Numbered from the stretch's first letter, positions 24,780 to 37,700 are shown. The stretch is DNA of 64,000 nucleotides from Eledone cirrhosa (GCA_964016885.1 OZ024755.1:27590001-27654000); one strand, 5' to 3'. Notes: generated by a model from the sequence alone, not told the origin. Translations and numbers: made by a program.

Positions 24780-27700
24780 GATAATGTGACGTTAACACAA
24801 CAATGGGGATTTTGAACGCAGGATCTAAGAAAAGATCCAATAAAATAATGGATTATAAGCATGATGTGTTGAACCATTAACTTTCTGGAATGGTTTTACG
24901 GAACTCAAAGATGAGAAACAATGGCATTTCTGGGAAATAAAATTGAATTTGTGTTGTCTGACTTGAAATAACAATATTAACATTAAAGTGATTTATTCCC
25001 AAAAAGTAAACTTTGTTTTTATTGGCTTCAAGAAAATAGTTGACTAGATCCCTGCTACATATCACAGATCCAGCAACTGAATCCATGGCAACATGGAGAA
25101 AAGCTGGCTCTACCCAGTGATCCTAGATGTCTGATGCAGAGATTATCAACCAGTCATGATCCCAATGGCAAACACCATACACATGAAGATGAAACATTGA
25201 TACAAGATCTGATGTGATCGTACTAATCAATGTTTTCAGCTGCCTAGGACTGATATTGTATCACTAGTGGTGGTATGGGATCACCAGAGCTGAAGAGCTG
25301 GAGTTAAGATTCTACTGGTTTAAAAAATCAGTTCACTTCATATGGCGTGTACAACACTGGCACCACTAAATGGAGATATGTGTTTGTTCCAGAAGCTACT
25401 GGTAGCACTGATCTCTGTGTCTAGGTATCTTATGGCAAGTCTTTATCTTTAATTTCCAAGATACATTTGTCTAAATATTCATCAGTTTCTTTCATTGGTA
25501 CTACTACTGTGATTGGCAACATCAAATGGCAAGTTGTGCTACCATGGATCACACTATCTCAGAGAGGTATGCTTGAAAGTTCACCATGAATTCTCACATG
25601 CTACATATAGTATTGCAATAGGCTATTAAATCTACAGACAAGGAATATAGACAGGATTGGTAACATTCAGTGAGATATATGAAGTTTTTATATAAATTTA
25701 TAGAGATGTTATTTGCTAGTTTTAGCTTCTTCAGAATTAGACATTTGAAACTGAAAGAACAAATCATTTCAATCAAGAGAGTGGGGAAACAAAGAACCAA
25801 GTAAAATACATATTAGCTAATAACCCATCACATGAGTGATAAGAGGAAAGCAAATAAGCACATTACCGATAATCATATAAGCTTTGTAATCAGTGAATAT
25901 GTAAATATGCAAAGTGGAATTATTTGTTGGCTGTTTAGGGAAATTTGGTTGCAATTTCTAGCAGAACAAGCAGCAGCATAGGAATTACCTTGTTAGTTTA
26001 TAGTGTAACATTTGTGATGGTTGTTGTTGTTTAACCCACATCAGCCCTAAACTAGCAGACTCATGACCAAAGTTGACCTGTCACCTGCTGCATAATTTTA
26101 TCCAATATTGACACATTGATTCATTTAATTTGCAATGCCATTCCACAGCCATAATTAAAGTGGTGAACTGGCAGAGATATTAGAGCATAAGACAAAATCC
26201 CTTGCAGTATTTCAGCTCTCAGTATTCTGAGTTCAAGATCAACTTTGCCTTTTGTTTTTTCCGAATCAATAAGATAAAGTACCAGTCAAGGGGAGTGAAC
26301 AGGTGGAATTGTTAAATAAAATGTTAGATGCCTTGCATGAATTGTTCAGGCTCTTTGCATTCCTAGTTGAAATCCCACTGTAGTTTACTTGAATGGTAGA
26401 TTTTATTCATTGCCAGGTTTAACAACACCATTTCGCTCTAGCAGAGCCCACTCTATTGCAATTATTCAGGTCAGGTCTTCAGTTTAAGACCACCTTCCTA
26501 ATTCCCACCAGTCTCAGAAGCCCTGATTAAGCCGTAAAAAAACAAACAAAAAGTGACTTTTTGATGGCATTCTCTTCCATAAGTTAGTATTAAACAAACA
26601 AAAATAACACCAACAGAGACTGTTTAACCATTTCAAATACATGCACTATGCTATTACCTTTTAATAATTAATCTATAAATTAATTCCTGGGTTCAATACT
26701 GCAGCATTATATAAATTTTATTAGGCTTGTCATAATTTTATCACATTTTTCTAGACAGATTTGCAGGTCTCTAAACATTGGCAGATAAAAAGTAAGGTAA
26801 GGTAAGCAATCTATGACAAGTCTCTAATGAGAGATAAAACTAGTCAGTTCAGTCATCTGCCTATGATTTAAGCACAGCTATATTTTTTACAGTAAAATTA
26901 AATGTTAAACAAGCTTATCTTATAAGACAAATGCATGTAAGCATGTATTTGTTTACACATACATAGACACAAACACACACAATAACTGGTTTTGCCAGGG
27001 TTTATCAATACCTACAATATGTAAAACAACATGAATGCACTAGATTTTGGATATCTAATGAATACAACATAAAATGACACAAGGAAAGTAAAGTTGTCCA
27101 TTTTATAGATACTCACAACATTTCACTCACTACTGCAAAGTTGTTAGATAATTTTCATAAAAAGTAGTACAAAATTTCCATTTTGTATTGAAAAGTAGTT
27201 CAAAATAATATGGGCCTGGCACCAGGATGAGCATATAGCTATAGAAAGCCTGCCACAAAAAAACCCCATCCCAACCCATGCAAACATGGAAGAAGTAGAC
27301 ATAAAACAGTGATGATGATGATGATGATGATGATACATACATATACTCTTTTTACTAGTTTTTGTGTTTGGACTGAGCCCATGCTTAAACACAGCATTGA
27401 AAGTATTTTTAATCAATATCAATATTTATTTTTAAGTCTGTAATTTATCAATCTCTGTTTGTCAAACTGCTAGATTATGGGACATAGTTAAGGAGTGTGA
27501 ATATAAATACAGACATGGAAACATACATACATATACACAATGTGATGAGCAGTTTATATATGCCCAGCTTCAATCACAAGGCATTGGCAAACCCAAGGTT
27601 ATAGTAGAAGGTATATACCCTAGATATCCTGCAATGTAACTAAACAAAGCAAATCTCTTAACCACACACTCATACTGCACCTGACTGGGGTTTATACCAC

Positions 27701-28453
27701 ATTATTAGACTAAATTATTTAGTCAATGTGACAGCATAGCTTCTATTTCAATTCTATATAGATATCATCATTATATAATGAGGTTGACGTTAGGGAGGGC
27801 CTCCAGCTGTAGAAACCAAGCCAGAATCAGTTCTGGATGAACAAGACAGAGTCACCTGACCTGGCATTGCTCAAAACAGGACCACTCGTCTAACCCATGC
27901 TAGTGTGGAAAAATGGATGATGATGATATCTATAGCAAGGGTAGAAATCATCATCATCATCATCATCATCATGGTTTAACGTCTATCTTTCACGCTAGCA
28001 TGGGTTAGACGGGAGTGGTCCCACTAGGGTATTTTGTATTATTTATACTTGTTTTTGCCTCTGAGGAGGTAATGCTATTTTTTCTTTACATATGCTATAC
28101 ATAAATTTAACCTTCTAACTGTGTAATGGTCTATGGCACCACTGAAACAATTATAGCAAATTTTTCAGTATAACAAAATGTTTTTCAATTCCCGGCAACA
28201 AGCTTGATGTGTTAGGTCGATCTCATTATAAACTTTTTTTATACCCTGTGAATTTCATTATAACGGAATTTCACTGTATATATATATATATATATATATA
28301 TATCTATCTATATATATACATATATATATATATCAGATCGAGTGTGGTAAAAACCAGCTAGACCATAACCCACCAGAGTACTTGATACTTGGGGTAGTAT
28401 GAAAAGATTCAGGACTCCAAAATGGCCAGAGCTCAGCCGTCAGGGTCCTGAAT

Positions 28454-28494
<41 letters not shown>

Positions 28495-28591
28495 AAGGAG
28501 TGTAACTTGGAGTTACTGTAGGTTCACCCGGGTGAGCACTCGATGTTTAGGTTCACTTTGGTGTTGAGGTGTAGAGCTAGACAGAGTGTAT

Positions 28592-28990
28592 TATAGTGAA
28601 ATAAAATAACAAGGACGATTGGTTACTCCTTCATTACATTTATTGGTTGGTGACGCGCGTTTCGCCACTGATCAGCTCAAGGTTCGATCTGTGTTGCTCT
28701 GATCCGACTCTGTAATCCGTGGCTCGTCAGACCCCTTACAAGGGGTCAGATCGACACAGATCGAACCTTGAGCTGATCAGTGGCGAAACGAACATCACCA
28801 ACCGATAAACGTAATGAAGGAGTAACCAATCGTCCTTGTTATTTTATTTCACTATACACACACACAAACAAACATTAGACAGATTTAGAAATGACCTCAT
28901 GGAGTTATTTATTAAAATAGGCTTACAAATTATAGTTGGCACTAACGCTAGTATAGCTAATTTTCAGGATATTAATTTTAAGTCAGAGAT
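28592..28990. mobile_element. Penelope-like element relic: inverted pLTR duplication plus RT fragment
   Basis: About 100-bp inverted arms at 28592-28693 and 28755-28856. The + strand peptide LDRFRNDLMELFIKIGLQIIVGTNASIANFQDINF resembles the Penelope RT segment 'LxITxxxNxxxVNFLDV'. Confidence 0.65.
28649..28733 (-). ncRNA. Type I hammerhead ribozyme of the Penelope pLTR type, with extended stem II
   Basis: Minus strand reads ggt-CTGACGA-gccac[50 nt]gtggc-GAAAC-gcgc-GTC-acc, then AATAAA. All core nucleotides are present. Stem III is the palindrome ACGCGCGT. Confidence 0.8.
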
Positions 28991-29637
28991 GAACAAAATC
29001 TCCATTTCTTGTTTCATTCATTATAATCATCTATAACTGAGCAATAAAAAAACCCAGAGTTTCAGCTTCCAATAAGTTTTACCCCTCTACTTTCGATACT
29101 GCTTTATCCCTCATGTTTACACATATGTAAGTATGAAGTAGACTATTTACTGTCATTTCATACAAGTCAATAGAAAGGAATAGTAGATCGGGCTGTACTA
29201 GAAGTGATTATATGATGGGCTATGGAGGGGTCACAAGAGGTCATGTGATTTGGGGATACAATAATTTGGTGTGGTTTTAGTTAGCTACTGAACGGTAACT
29301 ACTCTATAGTAACTAAACAGGCTTATATGATTGCTCCTAGGTAATTTCACAGTTATATAATATACTTTTAGAATTAAAGGGAAATTAGTCTAGGTAGCTT
29401 ATATTTTTATCTTGGTTGGTTGAATTATAAAAGCCCTGAGGACAAATTCTTTACTGTGCAGGCTTGTAGTGAATATCTCCCTTCTTCTTTTCAAGTTATA
29501 ATCTATTGTTATTGATACAGATTTTTTTTTTGTGTTCCATTTATGCATAGCATAGTTTTTTTCAACAAGATTATTTTGTTGAAATGTTGCCGAAATATTT
29601 CTAGTTTGAGTTTCCATATGTATTGGCATATTATATA

Positions 29638-29806
29638 TCGTATTTCCCGGTGCCACAGACGCTTCATCCTCAAGGATGCACCCTAATTTTGACAACAAAC
29701 AATTTGAAAAAAAATAATAAACAACCTTCGGCCTCCAAGATGTATGGTAGATTTTTGAGACTTATTTTAGGAAAAAAAGTAGTGTCTTTGACGCCGAGAA
29801 ATACGG
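29638..29806. mobile_element. Tc1/mariner-type MITE
   Basis: TA|(t)cgtatttcccggtg...gacgccgagaaatacgg|TA inverted termini. Confidence 0.7.
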
Positions 29807-32800
29807 TATATATGAACTGCTATAACAATTTGTAGCACAGGTATTTGTCACACGTAGAGAAAAATTCCTATGATACACAGTGTGTTATCTTTTTGAACAA
29901 GGCTTTGAAAACCATCATATGTCTATATTTACCAGACTTGAACAGATACTGATTTCTTTGAAAAATTTATTGTATGATAATCTAGAATCTTGTCAAAGAT
30001 GCTATCAACTACTCAGAATCTTCCCCCATTGGCTCAATTTCTATGTGGTTGCTCAGCCTGCTAGAAATATTATCTGCAAACCACACCAAACCATCCTATA
30101 AAAATTGATCCCCTGAATAATGTAGTCTGAGGAATAATATGCCTGAAAAAATATAGGATGTTTATGGTTGAGAGTCTTTGATCATATGTCCTCTTACAGG
30201 GGTATGGCTTGGAGCTCTTCTTCTTTGCCCACTTATTCCTGAGAGGGTCATTGGGGGCAGAGTCCTCAAACACTCCCCCCAGCAGGTTCTGTTAGAAGCA
30301 ACCATCTCCAACTGATCTGGCTGGATCCCCAAGCCTGACCAGCCAAGCTCATGGATGTTATCCAACCATCTTGCTCGGGGTCTCCTACCTGTTGGTTTTG
30401 CCTGTAAAATCTGTCCAGTGATTCTTTCCTGAGACATTCTAACCACATGACCATAATATTGGAGCTGTGACTTGGAGCTAAACAGCAATAACTAATAAAA
30501 AAATTCTGTGACAGCTCTCTGAAATACTGTAGCTTGGAAAAGTTAAATAAATATCCTAATATGCCTAAAATCACATACACAGGAAAACCATCATCTGTCA
30601 AATTATACATCCAGTTGTTTGGTTCAGATTAGCTCTAATCCAGCAGATCTATGTAAATACAAAATATTATCAACATGTCCTTCCTTTTCTAGAACAGTTG
30701 GATGAAATTTGAGGAAATTTGGCTATTTATTCTTGCATATTAAGCAACCATAAAGACTCTTTGCTGGTTCATTGAAATCAAGTAATTATAAGAACTGTAA
30801 TTTAGAAGCAACTTATACTAGGACACAAGACAACTATTAATTCATACTTGGCAAATAATCTCACTTAAACTTGATATTTACACTGATTTTTCAAAAGCAT
30901 GCTGTTGTTTTTTTATAACACTTGAAAATACTACAAAGGCCCACAAGTATTTAAAGACCAGAAATCCACATCTCTTAAAAAATAGTCGGATTACTTAATA
31001 TTATGGAACGCACAACTTATAACAAGGATGAAGATACAGTTGCTATTAAATAAAACGTTTGACAAATTATAAATCTCTAGAAGACTGAATGTTTCCAACT
31101 CTTGATATGGGATTTACTAATTACAGCTGTGGTCAGACAGAGCCATGTCTTCTACACAAGTATGAAAATACAGATAATAAATAAAATGAAAATATATATA
31201 TTTAAACATCTTGCAGAACAGTATATGCAAAATATGTTGTTTTCAATAGTAACATTTCAAGCAGTCAAACAAAACTAGTGTTATAATCAAAATAACTAAA
31301 ATCAATGTGACAAACAAGAACAGCTAAAGCATATGTGTTATAGCATAGGCATTTAGCCTTGATAGATTCTTAAAGAACACAAAGCTATCTCAGAGCTATG
31401 TATTAAATGTGTCAGTGACAGATACTTCTCTAAGACTTTCTTACCTTGAGGGAGATTTTGTGTTTTTATTTTATTTTATTTTCCCATCATCTGTCTCTAT
31501 AGAATAAAAAATGAAAGAATGAATAGTTATAACAGAACTGTTGGAGGATAAGCAGCATACTATGAAAGTCTTCAGTTGAAATATTTTACTGATTAAAAAA
31601 AAAAAGAAACCCTATCTGCATGTATGATTCAATATTATTTTGTGCCATAAAAGGGCAAAAAACTATTGGTATTCTCTTAGAGATATCAGAAGACAGATTT
31701 TGTTATGTCAATGGGACTAATATAATCAGTTTTATTATGAAACAAAAATGAAAATGTTATGCCATTATAAGAAACCTCTATCTGTTAGTGGCCAAATACC
31801 ACTTAAATCAAACACTATTTTATTTTAAAAATAATGGAAGAACAATATGCCTGATAAAAAAGCAAAATGGTTTTATCTGGAATACATTCGAGAGCTGAGC
31901 TATGAGCCACAACGACCCATAGAATAACTGTTAATGAAATACTATAACTATTTAGATTCAAATCAGACACGAAGAATAACACATTGATTTATTTTAACCA
32001 GCTGTTTGTTGTCTATATTTTTATAGAAAAATCTAAAAATATGTTTTCTTTAAATGACTTGGCATAAAATTGAAAATATATGAATGTTGTGAATGAACTA
32101 CACGACATCTCAAAAATTGTTAACCCTATAATTAAACGACTGATCCAAGATAATAATGTACGATCTTTTTAATGATTAGTTGTAAATCATTTTTAGAATT
32201 GGTATAAGTCTGTCTTTGTTATATGGTTAGTAGATAATTGTTTCTACTTTTGGCACAAGACCAGCAATTACCCAGTGAATTACTGGTACTTTATCTTATC
32301 GACCCCGTAAGGATGAAAGGCAAAGTAAACCTCAACGGGATTTTAACTTATATGGTTAGTAGATAATGCTATGTCATACAACTGCTTTTTGTCACAAAGA
32401 TCTATTTTCACAATTAAACACAAAAAAATATGCTGTCTCATATAGAAGTTTATATATAGTTAGCACATATATGCTAACACTGTAAAGTGGTCATGTAGGT
32501 ATCATGACAAAAAGCACTCAGTACATACCGTAAAGCAGTTGGCATTAGGAAGGGCATCCAGCTGTAGAAACCAAGCCAAAGCTTCATATAGTTTATATAT
32601 AGTTAGCACACATATGCTGACACTGTAAAGTGGTCGTGTAGATGTGATGACAAAAAGCACCCAGTACACACTGTAAAGTGGCTGGCGTTAGAAAGGGCAT
32701 CCAGCTGTAGAAACCAAGCCAAAGCTTCATATAGAAGTTTATATATAGTTAGCACATATATGCTGACACTGTAAAGTGGACGACAAAAAGCAACCAGTAC

Positions 32801-33468
32801 ACACTGTATAGTGGTCATGTAGGTCACAACAAAAAGCAACCAGTACACACTGTAAAATGGTTGTTGTTAGGAAGGGTACCCAGCTGTAGAAACCAAGCCC
32901 AAATCAGTTCTGTATAAGCAAGATATGCTCACCTGACTCGGCATTTCTCATAACAGGACAACTCGTCTAACCCATGCTAGCATCGAAAAATGGACATTAA
33001 ACGGTGTTGATGATGATGCTATTTCTGAAGGGTACATGAGAATGTCACTATACAACTCCATAACTTGAAATAGGGCCAATAAAAACATGTTTACTTTTAA
33101 ACATCTAAATATACTGAATACAATATGAACTAAGTATTATATATATAGCAAGATTTAAATGTTCATATTTAACCCTCTTAACAAAATAGAGAACTTTATA
33201 TTGTTAATTTATTTTCATTTATTGTCCAAAATTTGTTGTGAGTTTGCATATATAGCACTAACTGTCTTTCTATAAATTAGATATAAATGATTATAAGAAT
33301 AAGTGTGTGTGTCTGTGTGTGTGCAAAAGAGAGAGTATACATGACAATAGGTGGAAAAGAATGAGAGACTATAACCATAAAACACTGGGGAAGAGATATA
33401 GAAGAACTTAACAGTAAATATATGAATAAAGACAAATATGAGAGAGAGAGAGATAACTATAATAATAT

Positions 33469-34765
33469 TCATCATCATCATCATTTAATGTCCATCTTCC
33501 ACGCTAGCATGGGTTAGACGGGAGTCGTCCCTATTGAGGCAAGATTGGTCGGGTGACCGTGTCTCACTTGTATAGGACTATCTGGCAGGCTTTCTATGGC
33601 TGGATGCCCTTCCTAACACCAACCACATTTACAGTGTGGACTGGGAGCTTTTTACCGTGTTACCTACACGACCACATTAAAGCGTGGACTGGGTGCTTTT
33701 TGTTGTGACACCTACACGATCTCATTAGTTTGGACTGGATGTTGTGGTACCAACATAACTTTATAGAGAAAGGGTGGTGTTGGCGGGAGGATAGAGTAGG
33801 GGTAGTGAGTTGGGGTGTATGTTTGGTTTGGAGGGGCCTACTGACTGTAGGTTAACTTTGCACGTAGGGAAGGCGGGTCTTCTGTAATACTGTGTGGCGC
33901 CAAAGATCTCAATCCAGTAACATTGTCTTAGAGAGGTGCAAGTGTATATGGTCGGACTTTATCATGTCGTCCCAGGTTTTTCTGGGTCTACCTACTCCGT
34001 AACTTCCATCAATTTTGATCACCCTGCACTTTTATATACAGCTGTCGTCTTTCATGCGCATCACGTGACCACACCAATGTAATCTTCTCTTGAGTAAATA
34101 GCATCTAATCCTTCTTATTCGTAATTTCTCACTTGGTTCATTTATGCTTTGCCGTTCACGTATATTACTATTACACATCCAACGGAGCATGCATGCTTCG
34201 TTCCTTTCCAGTCTGCACAGGTCCTCTGCGCACAATGCCCATGTCTCACTGCCATGTAACATTGCTGTTAGTATACAAGCATCATACAATCTGCCTTTCA
34301 TTTTCAGAGAGAAACCTTTTGTGGTCAACAGCGGTATAAGCTCTCTGAACTTTTTCCATCCCGTTCTAACTCTGGCTACTGTACTTTCAGAACACCCACC
34401 ACCACTGCTGATTTTGTCACCCAGGTAATGGAAAGTGTCTACTATTTCTATAGAACCATCTGGGCAGTAGAAGGAGCTAGTATCATGTGGGCACTTGCTA
34501 CTTATTGCACCCGAGCATCGCCCACATATAAAATCTACGTTCTTAGATAGCTTGCCTGTGTACCCATAGTTTACATTTGGGACATAGAATGGAATTTCTA
34601 CCTACTCCTTTCTTACACACTGAGCATAGCCATTTCACAGAGGGCACCTGTGTCCTATTTTCCTTTCTACATACTAGAACTTTAGTCTTAGACAAGTTAA
34701 CTTTAAGGCCCTTTGATTCTAGGCCATGTTTCCATGTCTGGAATTTCTTCTCTAGTTCAGCCATG
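33469..34765 (-). mobile_element. 5'-truncated RTE LINE with a long 3' UTR carrying 48-bp units and a (GAT)n tail
   Basis: ORF2 fragments LESKGLKVNLSKTKVL, MLHGSETW, RRLHWCGHVMRM, GRPRKTW, then the UTR ending aacccatgctagcgtggaagatggacattaaatgatgat. 3'-end-only copies at about 2500-2930(-), 3885-4056(+), 7740-7914(+), 13072-13445(-), 14925-15272(+), 27778-27928(+), 32478-33017(+) and 61217-61389(+). Confidence 0.9.
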
Positions 34766-35499
34766 TAAACTTGATTGATATTTCATTGTGTTAATTAGAG
34801 CAACATTTTCATTCTAAACTCCTTACATAACAAGTATATAACACAAACGGATATATAATATACTCATATATGAGCCAATGAAGAAGCCTATATGTAATCA
34901 CTCAACCTGCAAGAAATTGCAGCCAAATCTTCCTCAAATACGAACCCACCATCTTAAAAAAAGTCTGAAGTCTGTCTCGAGCCTGGCGGCTCTCATCAGG
35001 CCAGTGCTTATTCCTGGTTTCTGTGGAATGAAGTGAATGAGAGTACAAGACTTCTCCCTGGACAGGATGCCAGTTCATCTCAGGGTTAACCTCCCCAGCT
35101 ATTGCTGGTACTCATTTTCAACTGCATATACTGGAGCAATGTGAAATGAAGTGTTTTGTTCAAGAACACAACACACAACCTAGTTCAGGAATCGAACCCA
35201 TGACATTATGATTGCAACACCCTTACCACTAGGCCACATGCCTCCACCCCCACCATTTTAGAAACGGTCAAATTCATAGGATAAACTGATACTGAATATA
35301 ATATATCAGAAAAGAAGGTAGAATGGTCAAAACTCAAACATTGCTTGAAAGATATTTGTTCAGCAAACAGAAGCACTTTTCTCAACACATGGGAACACCA
35401 TCATAGAGTATGGGAGCAGCCATGAAACTGCATAAAGAAAGCTCTAATCTATATATAAAAAAAACGAAAATGTCAGTCTGTCTGTATGCAGGCAATGCA

Positions 35500-35880
35500 T
35501 ATACATTTAACACTATCAAAACCACTGCACAGTTACTGCAGTTTATATATTTAACACCACTAAAACCACTGCATAGATACTGCAGCAATATATTTAACAC
35601 CACTAACACCATTGCATAGATACTGCAGTAATACATTTAACATCACTAACACCACTGCATAGATACTGCAGTACAAACATTCAACACCACTGCATAGATA
35701 CTGCAGTAATACATTTAACATCACTAACACCACTGCATAGATACTGCAGTACAAAAATTCAACACCACTGCATAGATACTGCAGTAATACATTTAACATC
35801 ACTAACACCACTGCATAGATACTGCAGTACAAAAATTCAACACCACTGCATAGATACTGCAGTAATACATTTAACAAAAT
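35500..35880. repeat. 78-bp higher-order minisatellite (43+35-bp subunits)
   Basis: aacaccactgcatagatactgcagta core with alternating tails; period 78 (35761->35839). Confidence 0.9.
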
Positions 35881-36127
35881 AATTATAAACACATGTACAA
35901 AAACATACCCCACAAAGCAACATTCAGAACTACCACCCCAGTTACACACCCTAGCCTGATACACAAAATCCAGAGACAACCTTGATCTTTAGACCAATAC
36001 CACACACAACTGAAATAAAACTCAGCATCAAATAACTAAAGAATCCCCCAGCCACTCCCCAAGAAAATAGAAAAACAGAAAACTAGTAAAGATTTGTATC
36101 CAACCTAAACCATATAACACTATAGAG

Positions 36128-36274
36128 CAGGCATGTCAAACTGAGGGTCCCCTGAGGGCCACACACGACAACTAATTGCACACATTATAACAAATTTTTT
36201 GATTTTATATTACGAAGATAAAACATGCTCGCGCTATAAAAACCTTTGTGTGGGCTGCATGTTTGACATGCTTG
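36128..36274 (+). mobile_element. hAT-type MITE
   Basis: Same TIRs. TSD ctatagag/ctacagag. Confidence 0.8.
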
Positions 36275-37319
36275 CTACAGAGAGTAACTAGAACCATCAT
36301 CAACAAAGAATTGTCACACTCCAGGTCACAAAAACAACCTCAAATAGTTGTTTCTACTTTTGGCACAAGACCAGCAATTACCCAGTGCATTACTGGTACT
36401 TTATTTTATTGACCCCATAAGGATGAAAAGCAAAGTTAATCTTGGCGGGATTTGAACTTAGAAACCAAAGGGCCATAACTCTATACAGCAAAGCACGGTG
36501 TCTGATGCTCTACCAATACTGCCAATCCACCATCCTATAATATATTCTTCTTCTTTAGTTCTTTTCGCATCTCATGGAAGATTGGGCAATGAAAGATCTG
36601 CATTCTGCACAGTTGCAAGCTTTGTCACAGGCCTGCTCTAAGGCCAGGTATCTACCCATCATTTTTGATTAATGGAGATAAGATTGCTAGCCTTCTCAAA
36701 ACAGGCTGAAAAACTAACCTAGTGTTTCAACGTCAACAAGGGGGCAGGGGGTCAAAATCCTGAAAGGGGCCCATTTCAATACTGTCGGCTGGAGCCAGTG
36801 ATTCAAATCACTTCACTGTATATTTAAATAAAAATTAGATAATGTTATGTCCAGTGACTCAAATCACATTTCTTTAAATCATTCGACTTAACTTTTAAAG
36901 AGACAATGAGTAGTGGTATGTCCAGTTTTAGAATAACAGTTCTTTAAAACTTGAATAACGGTACATCTAGTTTTGAAATAACCTTACTTTAAATGACTTT
37001 GTTCTATTTTCAAAGTAACAGTAGATAACGCTATGCCCAGTATTGAAATAATGTTTCTTTAAATCATTTAAATCTCCTTGAAATGCTTCTTTAAATCTTG
37101 GATAACAAAGAGTATGTCTGTTATTGAAATAATGTTTCTTCAAAAATCACTTGTCACCCAAAGAAGATGTGAAAATAAAACAAACTATATACCTCCCAGC
37201 TAGACTTTGATTTTAATTCCTTTCATCAGGCACTCAAAACAAAACCATAGAAGGAATGTTTGCACTGTTATATTCCTTGAGTTTGGGAGAGGGGCAATAA
37301 CATAATATACACACATCAT

Positions 37320-37700
37320 CTTGCTATATTCTAGGGTGGGTAAAATTCCCCGAGATCCATGGACGAATTCTCTCCAGCGGTCTTTGTCCCTCATTATCAC
37401 TGCCATGTCCTGCGTCTCCAACAGACCAGTGTCTGTCCTTAGGGCATCAACATACGTTAACCTTGGTCTTCCTCTTCCAGTGTCTCCATGTAGGGGCTCC
37501 CACAGGAGCACTGAGTGCAATGTCAACTCTGGATGTCGGTGAGCATGTCCAGCTAACCTCAGTCTCCTCTCTGTCACTTTTGAGCTGACTCTTAGGAGGC
37601 TCCCATACAGCTCTGAGTTTTTCATCCTCAGTGTATACTGATTAATGTTCAGAGCCATCCTCAGCATTCTCGTGTAGCACCCATCCACCATCTGAGTGAT
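37320..37700 (-). mobile_element. 3' end of a second RTE-like LINE ORF2. An upstream RT relic, possibly the same family, lies at about 43690-44100(-)
   Basis: DGCYTRMLRMALNI...RRLRLAGHAHRHPE...LLWEP...RGRPRLTYVDALRTDTG; FVDFLKTFGSVH near 43830. Confidence 0.85.

Noticed and set aside
34961-35005. Hammerhead-like CTGATGA-gagcc-gcca-ggctc-GAGAC on the minus strand
   Set aside because: This is the 3' stem-loop of SINE family B. It has GAGA rather than GAAA, no stem III or NUH site, and the sibling copy at 17360-17400 lacks CTGATGA.
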